DNA from: a virus
Lineage: Duplodnaviria; Caudoviricetes
IMG/VR virus record: IMGVR_UViG_3300028048_000001
Span: 160,001 to 224,000 of that record
DNA: 64,000 nt
Strand: one strand, 5' to 3'
Positions 1 to 9,483 of this stretch are shown here, piece after piece. Made by a program: the position numbers and the translations under genes. A model generated the notes under the pieces. That model did not search any database. It was not told where the DNA came from and saw only the letters and a list, made by a program, of their open reading frames with translations. Position 1 is the stretch's first letter. Every line of letters starts with the position of its first letter.

Positions 1-171
1 TTTTTTGCTTTCAAGCTCTTTAACCCTTTTTCTCAGTCTGCTATTTTCAGACCAGAAAAGGATAAGGGCACCAATAGTTGAGACTTCTGTTAATCCTGTA
101 GCTGTTGCAGCGATCGTTCCGATTGCAAGACCGATGGTAGCAACATCCTTAGCAATAGACTTCTTATCCAT
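1..171 (-). CDS. Small membrane protein, truncated by the window edge (MDKKSIAKDVATIGLAIG...)
   Basis: ATG at 171 with a GGAGG RBS; open to the edge; hydrophobic segment; not in the ORF track. Confidence 0.65.
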   Translation of the reverse strand, partial: MDKKSIAKDVATIGLAIGTIAATATGLTEVSTIGALILFWSENSRLRKRVKELESKK

Positions 172-293
172 AGTAGTACCCTCCTTCAGGCAAACACAAA
201 TAGGTTTTATTAAATTTTTAATTCCGTTTTCTTAACCCCGTATCTAGGGGAGGAAGTTTAACCTCATTCCTCATGAGGATGATGGTCTGAGAA

Positions 294-698
294 TTACTTC
301 ATAAAGATAGTAAATTTCTCAGTGCTCATCCGCTTCTCAGCGGGAGCAACCCTCTCATACCCCTTAGCAGGTGTCATACCGACCACCTTTTCAGGATATG
401 CCTGAGCAGCGATGATAGATCCAACGATCCGAACCGGACCTTCAAAACTGCTTGCTTCCTGGAGGATCTGCTCAATAAGAGCTTCCCCTTCAGAGGTGCC
501 AACAAACTCTGTGGTAACAAGACCAGCGCCCAGGTCACGTTCCACAGCCCTAGCATTGAGAATATAGTTCTCATTGCTGGGGATCTCCACGATGCTTCCA
601 TCATGATCGATGAATCTGATCAGATGAGGAGTCGTGTTGACAATGAGAGTATTGATACCCTCAAAACCACTGGTTGCAACAAAATTGCTACTCATCAT
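294..698 (-). CDS. Hypothetical phage protein
   Basis: 134-aa ORF with AGGAGG RBS; VNTTPH motif near the N-terminus. Confidence 0.75.
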   Translation of the reverse strand: MMSSNFVATSGFEGINTLIVNTTPHLIRFIDHDGSIVEIPSNENYILNARAVERDLGAGLVTTEFVGTSEGEALIEQILQEASSFEGPVRIVGSIIAAQAYPEKVVGMTPAKGYERVAPAEKRMSTEKFTIFMK

Positions 699-780
699 AA
701 TACACCTCCTGAGATTGAGAATGAAAGTTTCTGTATCTTGTCATATTTATTATATATAATTAAAAAATTTAAAAATAAAA

Positions 781-810
781 TAATAGCAGGAAATTACTCT
801 CCTGCTATTA
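781..810. terminator. Intrinsic terminator-like hairpin
   Basis: TAATAGCAGGA/TCCTGCTATTA inverted repeat flanked by A/T runs. Confidence 0.65.
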
Positions 811-1579
811 TTTTAAATGCATCTATACCTCTTAAAATAATGTCCTGATACTTTGACATTATTTTATCATGATTAGCAATAAAATCTTCAATTGTGACAT
901 TTACAACACCTATATCACATTGATTTAAAAGTATAACTTGATCATGAACCCATTGTCCATATTTAGCAATAAATTCTTCTTCAAGCTCTTTCCCAGTTTT
1001 TTCGCTTCCCCATGGCTTATTATTACCTTTTGACCAAACGTTAAAGGGAAGCATGTGCGAATGAATGATTGTTATATAAGGAGCAGCTTCTTCTTTATAA
1101 AATCCGATATTCTTAAAGATAATAGCTGCCCCAAAAGCAGACAATTTTTCATGATCATAAAAGCAGAGATCACCTTTTCTATTTACTCCAGTGTCATACT
1201 TTTTTGCACAGTCATGGAGTAATCCAGTAAAGAGTAACCATTTGTCATTCGTTCTTTCCATCATACTACCCAATACCATCAGAATATGAGTGTGAATAGA
1301 TTCTGCATGATATTTAGAAGTCTGCTGGCCAATAAATCCAGCTTTTTCAGATGCTCCCTTCTGAAAAGGAGGAAAAATTACATTAGGACCGTAAAATTCT
1401 AATGTTAATTCATCCTCTGTGTGTTGATCTTTCATAAAGCTCTGTATAAATTCAGCAGGGCCTTTATCTTTGTATTTAATATCAAATATAGAAAATTTGC
1501 CATAATCCTCTTTGTCATACACTGCTTCCATAATATCTTCAACAGTGTTGCATTTGATTCCTAATAATTTTTTATTCAT
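794..1579 (-). CDS. HD-domain phosphohydrolase
   Basis: H..SIHTH, GLLHDCAKK, FYDHEKLSA, IIHSHM and NQCD metal-ligand pattern. Confidence 0.75.
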   Translation of the reverse strand: MNKKLLGIKCNTVEDIMEAVYDKEDYGKFSIFDIKYKDKGPAEFIQSFMKDQHTEDELTLEFYGPNVIFPPFQKGASEKAGFIGQQTSKYHAESIHTHILMVLGSMMERTNDKWLLFTGLLHDCAKKYDTGVNRKGDLCFYDHEKLSAFGAAIIFKNIGFYKEEAAPYITIIHSHMLPFNVWSKGNNKPWGSEKTGKELEEEFIAKYGQWVHDQVILLNQCDIGVVNVTIEDFIANHDKIMSKYQDIILRGIDAFKIIAGE

Positions 1580-1599
1580 TTTATATTCTCCTTTATTGA

Positions 1600-1737
1600 T
1601 TATTCAATATGTATTTTTATATATTTTATAATCATTGCTAACAAAAAGCAATTCATAGCACATTCTGTTTCTCCATTATATATTAGAATAATAGCTGAAA
1701 TGAATAATATTATGTCAATGGGTATTTTTATTTTCAT
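1600..1737 (-). CDS. 45-aa membrane protein
   Basis: MKIKIPIDIILFISAIILIY...; AGGAG RBS; hand-translated. Confidence 0.55.
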   Translation of the reverse strand: MKIKIPIDIILFISAIILIYNGETECAMNCFLLAMIIKYIKIHIE

Positions 1738-1764
1738 ATATTATTCTCCTATATATTCTAAATA

Positions 1765-1914
1765 TTAAAAAAATCTATATAATATTTTTTTGATAATAAT
1801 AGCATAAAGTAAAGCCCATGCTGCATTATTCTGATACCCTATGGCAACCAATACAATTGAAGAGAGGGATAAAATTATCCCAGCAACAACTAATAAATTT
1901 TTTAATATTTTCAT
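1765..1914 (-). CDS. 49-aa membrane protein, similar to its downstream neighbour
   Basis: MKILKNLLVVAGIILSLSSIVLVAIG...; AGGAG RBS; hand-translated. Confidence 0.55.
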   Translation of the reverse strand: MKILKNLLVVAGIILSLSSIVLVAIGYQNNAAWALLYAIIIKKILYRFF

Positions 1915-1929
1915 ATATATTCTCCTTTA

Positions 1930-2244
1930 TTAATTTTCAAGATAGACTCTAAAATTATCAAAATCTGTTTCTGGATACCACGATCCATCATCTGTATAAG
2001 AGTCAAGATATCCTCTTTCTATATATAATCTTCCAACCGGAGTCATAATTTTTAACATTCCACCATAAGAATACCCAGATGATTCATATACTATCACATT
2101 GTTAAAAGTATCAAATATTTTTAAATCTACATCAAATATAGATCCAGAATTGGTAGCCTTTAAAAGGATTCTTCTATCATCCCCTTCAATATCAAACCAG
2201 GTATCTTCATTAACCATTAAATTCTCATCATAAATAATATACAT
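1930..2244 (-). CDS. Hypothetical protein
   Basis: 104-aa ORF with GGAGG RBS. Confidence 0.65.
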   Translation of the reverse strand: MYIIYDENLMVNEDTWFDIEGDDRRILLKATNSGSIFDVDLKIFDTFNNVIVYESSGYSYGGMLKIMTPVGRLYIERGYLDSYTDDGSWYPETDFDNFRVYLEN

Positions 2245-2353
2245 AATATCATATCCTCCATAAAATATAAACCAATATTTTTATATAATCTATTTCATTA
2301 TTATAATACCTTTTTATTTATTATTAAAAAATAAAAAGAGTAGAGATTTATCT

Positions 2354-5089
2354 CTACTCTTCAAACTTTATTCCTTTAGAAGAACAAATAATCTTACTAG
2401 TACTCTGAGTATCAAATTCTACATTATGTGAGCAAATTATACATTGTTCAGAATTCATTATGTCAAGTATACTATTAAGAACTTGAATAAATGTAATTCT
2501 GTTTCCTTGATCAAGACCACCATCTAACTCATCATATCTAGGAATATTGTATTTTAAACTAGATTTCATCATTGCAACTGCAGAAAATACAAGTCCTATC
2601 ATACATTTTTGAGCAGTAGATCCATTTGATATATCAGGAACCCTGATTCCACCAGGACCAATAAAAGGTATAGAAAATTGTTTTTCGTTTATTATTGGAA
2701 TATCTAATTGAATCATCCCTCCAAACATATATGAAAGCATTCTGTTGCAGTCAATAATGATATCACTCATATATCTCTTTATATATTCTGATTGTATCCC
2801 TGTACCACTTCCTGGAGAACAAGCGTTTCTAATTACAATCATTTTATCATATTTATCAGACAGAGATCTGTATTCCATTTGATAATTTATTATATTTGAT
2901 AAATTATACGTTATATTATTTATTGTATTTCTTAAAGGTTCTATATCTAATTCTATTGAATTAATTTTAGTTTTTAATATGTTTACAGAATCTACTTTCT
3001 CTTTTACTAAAGATATTTTATCTTTCACAGAATTGTATTCTTCTTTTAATTTAGATTTTTCATTATCTAAAGATATTATTTTATTATTCGTTTCTATAAG
3101 AGATTTTAAATTTTCTATAGTAATAGAAGTTTCTGATATTACTCTTTCTAAAAAATCACAATCTTTCGATAACGATTTAATTTCATTTTCTCTTTCTGTA
3201 TATTCTGCTTCTAATTTACTAATAGATTCGTTTAAAGAATCTTTCATTAACTTATTAGCTTTATATACTTTAAGATCAGATTCCATTTCTTTTAGTTGAA
3301 TAGATAATTTAGAAAAATTATCATATATAGACTTCTTTTCTATTAAATCATCAATAACGGAAAATTCTGGAAAAGTATTATGATTAATTATTCTTAAAGA
3401 CAATTTATCAAAATCTTTTAAAAAATGTATTTTAGAAATTTTATCTATTATAGACTTTGATGTAAAATTAAGTATAGGTTTTAATTTATTTATTATATCT
3501 AAATAAATATTATCTTCTTCTATTCTTTTATTAAGATCTTTAGATATATTTTTATTATTTTCTAATTCTATTTCTAGGTTAGAAATTTCTTCTTCTGATT
3601 TTATGTTATTTTTAATTTTTATATACTTTGTAATATATGGGCAAGTATCAATATTACATTTTTCTGGTCTTGTATAATTAAATTCCTTTAATTCATTATA
3701 ATCTTCTATATATTTTTCTAAATCTTTTTTAGTAGATATTATAAATAAAGTAATTTCTTGTAATCTTTTTCTTAATTCAATTATATCAGATTTAATATCA
3801 GATTCATTATTATAATAATTTAATGCGATTTTAATATTATCATCACTATATAATTCTTGTATTGTAGAAATCGTTGTCTTGAAATTTTCTAAATCACATT
3901 TTAAATCTTTTAATTCTGATAAAGAAACAGATTCTAATATATTAATTTCTGATTTTTTAATATAAGAAGAATATATCGATAATTCTTTTTTAATATCTTC
4001 TACAGCTTCTTCTATATTAATTTGAACTTCATTTCTTGATAGAGATAATAACTTATTTTTATTTTCTTCCAAAGAATTATATATAGATTGATTAATACTT
4101 AAAAGACTATTAATCTTAGATTTATTTAAATCATAATTTTTATTATATTCTGATAATTTTTCTTCTTCTTTTTTCAAGACATTATCGAAATCTTGATTTT
4201 GAAGATTTATATTTAATTTGCTATATATCTTATCTAAAATTGATTTATTTTTCTCCATTTCCAAATTAATAATCGTCAACCTATCAGAAATAGAGTTATA
4301 AAGATCCTGCATTTTATTATCCGGATCTATTAATTTAACAGTAGTTTCAGATTCTGATAATTCTTTTAATAATCTATCTCTTTCTATATTAAGATTTTTT
4401 AATTGAATTTCTAATTGAGATTTTTGTAATTTTAACTCATTTTCATTTCCTATTTCGTAAATCTTATTATTTAAAGTATTCATATAAGATTTAAGGTTAG
4501 ATACTTTTTTAGAAATATTTTTATAAATATTATTATAAGTATCTAATGATCCAATATAATTAGCCATATATTTTCTTCTTTCAGAAGGAATCATATCTAC
4601 AATTCCTCTAGATTCAGAAGAAACAAATGATAAATCTAAATATATAGGATCTATCCCCAATAAATCGTCTCTTATTTCTTTAAATGAAGTAATATTTCCA
4701 TTTGGATTTAATTCTTCATTATTCTTTTTAATAAACGCCTTAGTAGTTCTTCTTGTTCTAGATTCATCTACTAAAGATTGTATTAAAATTTTATATACAA
4801 TAGGATTATTAGATTCATCATAATCTAAATAATGAATTTCTTTTTCACCAGGATATTCTATAATTTGTCTATTTCCAAATTGATCAATAAAAACATCTGT
4901 TCTAAACGAATCAGAAGAATCTGGATTTGGTGTTAATGCTCTTATTATTGTAGATTTTCCTGTTCCATTTTCACCAGATACAAGTATAATTCTATTTTTA
5001 AAATCTAAAAATGGTAATACTAACTCATCTAATCCCATGCCATTTAAAATATTTATATAACCTTTAATTCTAAAATAAGTAATTTTCAT
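2354..5089 (-). CDS. sbcC: SbcC/Rad50-like SMC ATPase
   Basis: Walker A GENGTGKST, long coiled coils, central CNIDTCPY hook-like motif, Walker B/D-loop YDELDGGLD, H-loop CSH. Confidence 0.9.
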   Translation of the reverse strand: MKITYFRIKGYINILNGMGLDELVLPFLDFKNRIILVSGENGTGKSTIIRALTPNPDSSDSFRTDVFIDQFGNRQIIEYPGEKEIHYLDYDESNNPIVYKILIQSLVDESRTRRTTKAFIKKNNEELNPNGNITSFKEIRDDLLGIDPIYLDLSFVSSESRGIVDMIPSERRKYMANYIGSLDTYNNIYKNISKKVSNLKSYMNTLNNKIYEIGNENELKLQKSQLEIQLKNLNIERDRLLKELSESETTVKLIDPDNKMQDLYNSISDRLTIINLEMEKNKSILDKIYSKLNINLQNQDFDNVLKKEEEKLSEYNKNYDLNKSKINSLLSINQSIYNSLEENKNKLLSLSRNEVQINIEEAVEDIKKELSIYSSYIKKSEINILESVSLSELKDLKCDLENFKTTISTIQELYSDDNIKIALNYYNNESDIKSDIIELRKRLQEITLFIISTKKDLEKYIEDYNELKEFNYTRPEKCNIDTCPYITKYIKIKNNIKSEEEISNLEIELENNKNISKDLNKRIEEDNIYLDIINKLKPILNFTSKSIIDKISKIHFLKDFDKLSLRIINHNTFPEFSVIDDLIEKKSIYDNFSKLSIQLKEMESDLKVYKANKLMKDSLNESISKLEAEYTERENEIKSLSKDCDFLERVISETSITIENLKSLIETNNKIISLDNEKSKLKEEYNSVKDKISLVKEKVDSVNILKTKINSIELDIEPLRNTINNITYNLSNIINYQMEYRSLSDKYDKMIVIRNACSPGSGTGIQSEYIKRYMSDIIIDCNRMLSYMFGGMIQLDIPIINEKQFSIPFIGPGGIRVPDISNGSTAQKCMIGLVFSAVAMMKSSLKYNIPRYDELDGGLDQGNRITFIQVLNSILDIMNSEQCIICSHNVEFDTQSTSKIICSSKGIKFEE

Positions 5090-5147
5090 TTCTTACCTCT
5101 TATAATATCTGGTATATTTGATATTATATGAAAATAATTTAAAAATA

Positions 5148-5345
5148 TTATAACCAATCCTCATTATTAGCATCTACTTGTTTAATTTTAATTTCTACAT
5201 TATCCATATTAATATCTCTATGTGTATATTTAAAATGCTTAATAGCTGAAGATTTAGCTTTATCTTTACCATTAGCATCTTCTCTAATAATAATTATATT
5301 TTCTTTCGTATTTTTATCAATAAAAATCACATCATAAGTTCTCAT
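5148..5345 (-). CDS. Small hypothetical protein (probable start MRTYDV)
   Basis: AAGGAG RBS before the ATG at 5345; the longer track ORF overlaps a terminator hairpin. Confidence 0.55.
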   Translation of the reverse strand: MRTYDVIFIDKNTKENIIIIREDANGKDKAKSSAIKHFKYTHRDINMDNVEIKIKQVDANNEDWL

Positions 5346-5446
5346 AAAATCTCCTTTATTTAAAAATAATAATATATAAAGTGGTTTATTAAAGTATAAA
5401 AAATTAAAAAACATGAGAGGAATAAGAACATTCCTCTCATGTGTTA

Positions 5447-6244
5447 TTACCAATCTTCTTCAGAATTATTATTTTGCTGAGTATTATCTTCATTAATTGT
5501 ATTATTAATAATATTTAAAATATCTTTTTCTGACAAATCTTGTTTTACAAAATTATTTAAATTTATAGATTCTGTAAAATTTATTGATTTTTTTAATTTA
5601 TAATTAATCTCATTAATATCACTATATAAAGTATCAAAAGCATCAATATACTCATTAATTACACTATATAATGATTTATTATTTTTAATATTTACGTTTA
5701 AATCGTATCCATAATAATCATAATCATTAGATGAAAATATAATAAATAATTCATGTCTAAAGAAAGCTAATTCTTTAAACATTAGTTCTATGCATTGATT
5801 TAAATCACTTATATTTCTTTTCATTTTAATATCATTAGGTTCTAATAACCATTCTCTAAATTTAATAATAAATTTATCCAATGAATTAAATATTTCATCT
5901 AAACTTAAAGAATATAAAATATCTGTCTCTTCAACAGGAATCGTAAAACACGAAGGAATACGATTTTTAAATTCTTCTTTTATATTTTCTTTTTTAGTTT
6001 CTGCATATTTATAAAAATGAAATGTTGATACTAATAAAGAATTTTTTGAAATTATTTTATTTTCTAATTGAATAATCATATCTGCAGTTGTTTTTAAAAA
6101 TATACTATAATCAAAAAATCTAACTGCCATATAATTAGACAAATCGTCTAATACAGTTATATAATTATTTAATTTTTCTCCGATTTGAGAATTTAAAATA
6201 CATTCTCTTATATTAAAATCATTATTCATAAATTCAATCACCAT
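5447..6244 (-). CDS. Hypothetical protein
   Basis: 265-aa ORF in operon context. Confidence 0.65.
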   Translation of the reverse strand: MVIEFMNNDFNIRECILNSQIGEKLNNYITVLDDLSNYMAVRFFDYSIFLKTTADMIIQLENKIISKNSLLVSTFHFYKYAETKKENIKEEFKNRIPSCFTIPVEETDILYSLSLDEIFNSLDKFIIKFREWLLEPNDIKMKRNISDLNQCIELMFKELAFFRHELFIIFSSNDYDYYGYDLNVNIKNNKSLYSVINEYIDAFDTLYSDINEINYKLKKSINFTESINLNNFVKQDLSEKDILNIINNTINEDNTQQNNNSEEDW

Positions 6245-6250
6245 CTTTCA

Positions 6251-6964
6251 TTAAGATATAACTATCATATTTTTTATTGCTTCTTTATATTTTTTATCTT
6301 TTATATTATTAATAAATTCATTCCAAATCTTATAATGCTTATCGGATTCAACTTTTATTCTTTTATTAAGTTTATTTATAACTTCTTCATTATCAAATTT
6401 TTCTATATCTATACCATCATAATTTTCTTTATATACATAAGGATTTACATACCCATTCATATAATTATGAATTAATTTAAAATCTAAAATACTTTCTTCA
6501 TCTAAATCATGATTAATAATAATTTTATTTAAGAATGTAGAAACTATTTTAGTTGCAGATATTACAGCTTTTATTAAATAAATATCTAAAGGAATGATAT
6601 TACAAAATAAAGAGTACCATTTTATATCATCATTATTATTAAATTCTCTATTATTATTTTTTTCATTATTATATATTTCTTGTACTAAATAACAAAAATA
6701 TTTTCCTAAATATTTAATAGCTTTTTCATTCAAAATATCAATACAATTATTAAGTTCTACATTATTTACATTTGCAAAATATCCAGTATTTGTAATATCC
6801 TCATAATAAATAGCTGTACAACAATCTTTAAATTCTTCAAAACTTTTTGATGATTTATATTTGCAATAAAAATCTTTTGGTGCATTAGGAAATTTTTCTT
6901 CCTTTTCTTTTAAAAACTTATTTTTTGCATCTAATAAAATTTCTTTTTTATAAGAACTATACAT
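6251..6964 (-). CDS. Hypothetical protein
   Basis: 237-aa ORF with RBS. Confidence 0.65.
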   Translation of the reverse strand: MYSSYKKEILLDAKNKFLKEKEEKFPNAPKDFYCKYKSSKSFEEFKDCCTAIYYEDITNTGYFANVNNVELNNCIDILNEKAIKYLGKYFCYLVQEIYNNEKNNNREFNNNDDIKWYSLFCNIIPLDIYLIKAVISATKIVSTFLNKIIINHDLDEESILDFKLIHNYMNGYVNPYVYKENYDGIDIEKFDNEEVINKLNKRIKVESDKHYKIWNEFINNIKDKKYKEAIKNMIVIS

Positions 6965-7040
6965 TTATTTTATCCCCTTTCTATATTATATTGTCATAAT
7001 TATAATATCTTTTTATTTCATTAATTGGTACATTATAAAA

Positions 7041-7066
7041 AGAGTAGGGAATTTCTTCCCTACTCT
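7041..7066 (-). terminator. Intrinsic terminator
   Basis: AGAGTAGGGAA/TTCCCTACTCT stem followed by a U-tract on the minus strand. Confidence 0.75.
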
Positions 7067-7069
7067 TAT

Positions 7070-7298
7070 ATATTAAAATCTTAAGATATTAAATTAATGT
7101 CATGGAATGCCATAACCAATTTTATAAAATTATATAGTATATTTTTAGCCGTCTTCAAAATAAACTCATATATATCTACAAACCTACGTTTCTGGTTAGA
7201 AATAATTCATAATAAGATACTCGCAGCTCTTTATATTATTGGAGCCTAATCTTATTACTAGCATTTTTAATTAACTTAATAATCTTAAGATCTAATAT
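7070..7298 (-). ncRNA. Candidate structured RNA of about 230 nt
   Basis: No ORF; ends 7070-7098 and 7270-7298 form an imperfect 29-bp closing stem; internal stem 7210-7218/7249-7257; lies between a stop codon and a terminator. Confidence 0.45.
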
Positions 7299-7300
7299 CA

Positions 7301-8053
7301 TTAATTATAATGCCATGAACCAGTACTTTCATCTATCCATATTTTTGTACTAGAATTAAATTCTAATAATTTAAGATCTATAGTATTATAAAAATCATAA
7401 ATATTATTAATCAATTTATTGCTTTCTTTTAATAAATTTAAAGGATCTAATATTTCTAATTTATTAGCATCTTCATATTCTTTAGCAAAATCTTTATACT
7501 GTGGAATAGATAAAAGACTATTCAATTTATCAAAATCAACATTTATTTTTAAAGTATTTAATTTAGTTAATACATAAGTATTAATTTTATCATCAGATAA
7601 TGTAGACTCGTTGTATTTTTTTAAAGTAGAATTTACAAAATCAATATCATCTTTTATTCTTTCAGCAAATTTCATATAATATTCTTTTATCATAGGTGAT
7701 TTTAATATTAATATTTGAGAAATAGTCAATAGCTTACTATTAAAATCCCCCAAGATAATATCAGGAACAACAAGTTTAAAACTTGAATTAACTTGTTCTT
7801 TAATAATAAGTAAATTTCTAAGTTTGTTAATATTAAATACAATATTATTATATTGTATTCGTATATCTTCTAAAGTTTCATTTATTGAACTTCCATTTAT
7901 TGTTGTATTTCTTGAAGGGTTGTATAAAGAAATTAATGATTTAGCTTTTTTAGATTCTTCTTTGTCTAAATATTTATGATCAGTTTCTAATACAATTTTT
8001 CTTTGTCTTTTTATTCTATTTAAAAGTTCTGTTATAGTGATATTTTCTTCCAT
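7301..8053 (-). CDS. DIP1984/septicolysin-like coiled-coil protein (probable start MEENITITE)
   Basis: ITITELL, EQVNSSFKLVV, LTISQILILK, EILDPL, IDLKLLEFNSSTKI resemble the duplicated pattern I recall for this family. Confidence 0.5.
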   Translation of the reverse strand: MEENITITELLNRIKRQRKIVLETDHKYLDKEESKKAKSLISLYNPSRNTTINGSSINETLEDIRIQYNNIVFNINKLRNLLIIKEQVNSSFKLVVPDIILGDFNSKLLTISQILILKSPMIKEYYMKFAERIKDDIDFVNSTLKKYNESTLSDDKINTYVLTKLNTLKINVDFDKLNSLLSIPQYKDFAKEYEDANKLEILDPLNLLKESNKLINNIYDFYNTIDLKLLEFNSSTKIWIDESTGSWHYN

Positions 8054-8054
8054 G

Positions 8055-8354
8055 TTAATCCCCAAATTCATTAAAAAAATTATAAATACTTTTATCATAT
8101 AAAGGTTTAATATTTGGAGAATCACATTTATCTTTATTACATTCAGTATTTATAATTTCATATTTTATTGGACATATATAATCACATCTATTACATTGAT
8201 ATCGGATTAATATATTTTCTTTAAATAATTTTTTTGTAATTAATTCTAATTTATTTCCACAATGAGGACAGGTATTATCACAAAAAATAATACCCTCAAC
8301 AGGTTTTTCTTTTTTAAATCTATCTATTCCTGTGCAAAGTTTTAATTCTTTCAT
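8055..8354 (-). CDS. Zinc-ribbon protein
   Basis: CPHC...CNRC. Confidence 0.7.
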   Translation of the reverse strand: MKELKLCTGIDRFKKEKPVEGIIFCDNTCPHCGNKLELITKKLFKENILIRYQCNRCDYICPIKYEIINTECNKDKCDSPNIKPLYDKSIYNFFNEFGD

Positions 8355-8431
8355 ATATTCCTTAAAAAATAATATTATAATTATATTGGTAGAGTAATTA
8401 AAATATATACTCTACCAATATAATATTTTAA

Positions 8432-9181
8432 TTATTCTTTAGATATAAATTCCATAAGAGTTCCTTTTTCTATAGAATCTCTTACGCTACTTATATTAGT
8501 TCCAAATTTTATAAGAGCTTGAATAATATTATTTCTTACTTTTTCTGGCAATTCTTCATTAGTAAAAGAACATAAAGTAAGATCTTCAACATTAGAACTT
8601 TTATTATATTCAAACCAATTTTTCATTATTATATTCATACATAATAATGCAACATAATTCATTTGAATATCATAACTATAAATATCTATTCTCTTATCGT
8701 TAGCAACCCTGATAATTTCAATACCAGGTTTATACTGTAATGCATCATCTAATCCTAATAATCCAAAATAAACTTCTCTTAATAATTGAGATGAAAGATC
8801 TGCATTAAAATTTTCATTAAATGCTAATCTTGGTATTCCAACAAAAATACAAATTCCAGGACCTCTTTTTTCTTTATTATCAACATGAATAGAAATTTTG
8901 TCAATAATAGGTTTAGTAACATTATTAATTACAGAAATATATACTGGGTTAAATATGTTTTCAGTATCTGAAGTTAAACATATTTTTGTTGTTATAGGCT
9001 TATTTTTATCATATACAATTTCATCATAATGTCTTAATAAATATCTATCAATAGAAGAGTATATAAATTTAGGAACTTCAGGAAGTTTTCTTATATTAGA
9101 TTTACCAGGATTATTATAATAATCTGATAATATTGTAATTTGAGCTGTAACGATAGACATTATTTCAAAAATATGTGCCAT
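8432..9181 (-). CDS. Hypothetical protein
   Basis: 249-aa ORF, AAGGAG RBS. Confidence 0.7.
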   Translation of the reverse strand: MAHIFEIMSIVTAQITILSDYYNNPGKSNIRKLPEVPKFIYSSIDRYLLRHYDEIVYDKNKPITTKICLTSDTENIFNPVYISVINNVTKPIIDKISIHVDNKEKRGPGICIFVGIPRLAFNENFNADLSSQLLREVYFGLLGLDDALQYKPGIEIIRVANDKRIDIYSYDIQMNYVALLCMNIIMKNWFEYNKSSNVEDLTLCSFTNEELPEKVRNNIIQALIKFGTNISSVRDSIEKGTLMEFISKE

Positions 9182-9195
9182 TATAAATCTCCTTT

Positions 9196-9447
9196 TTATT
9201 TACGTGATACAGGAGTATATTTCATTTTAGATATATAACCTTCTGCAATCACTTTACAGTCAGGATATCTATTTGATGATTTTTTAGACATTTCTGTAAA
9301 AGGTTTCTTCCTTCCATTAACAATCACAGTGCCAGGAGTAAATATTCTAGACATCTTCTTCTCTATAGCCGTTCTCTCCTTAAACTGTTGCTCTGAATAA
9401 AGAAAATATACATAAATGTTTCTATCTTTTAGAATATTTGGACTCAT
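9196..9447 (-). CDS. Small basic hypothetical protein
   Basis: 83-aa ORF, AAGGAG RBS. Confidence 0.7.
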   Translation of the reverse strand: MSPNILKDRNIYVYFLYSEQQFKERTAIEKKMSRIFTPGTVIVNGRKKPFTEMSKKSSNRYPDCKVIAEGYISKMKYTPVSRK

Positions 9448-9483
9448 ATTAATAATCTCCTTTAATATTATTAATAAGTCGAA

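Noticed and set aside
5-235. 76-aa plus-strand ORF and other short antisense ORFs in the track
   Set aside because: They overlap better-supported minus-strand genes that have RBSs
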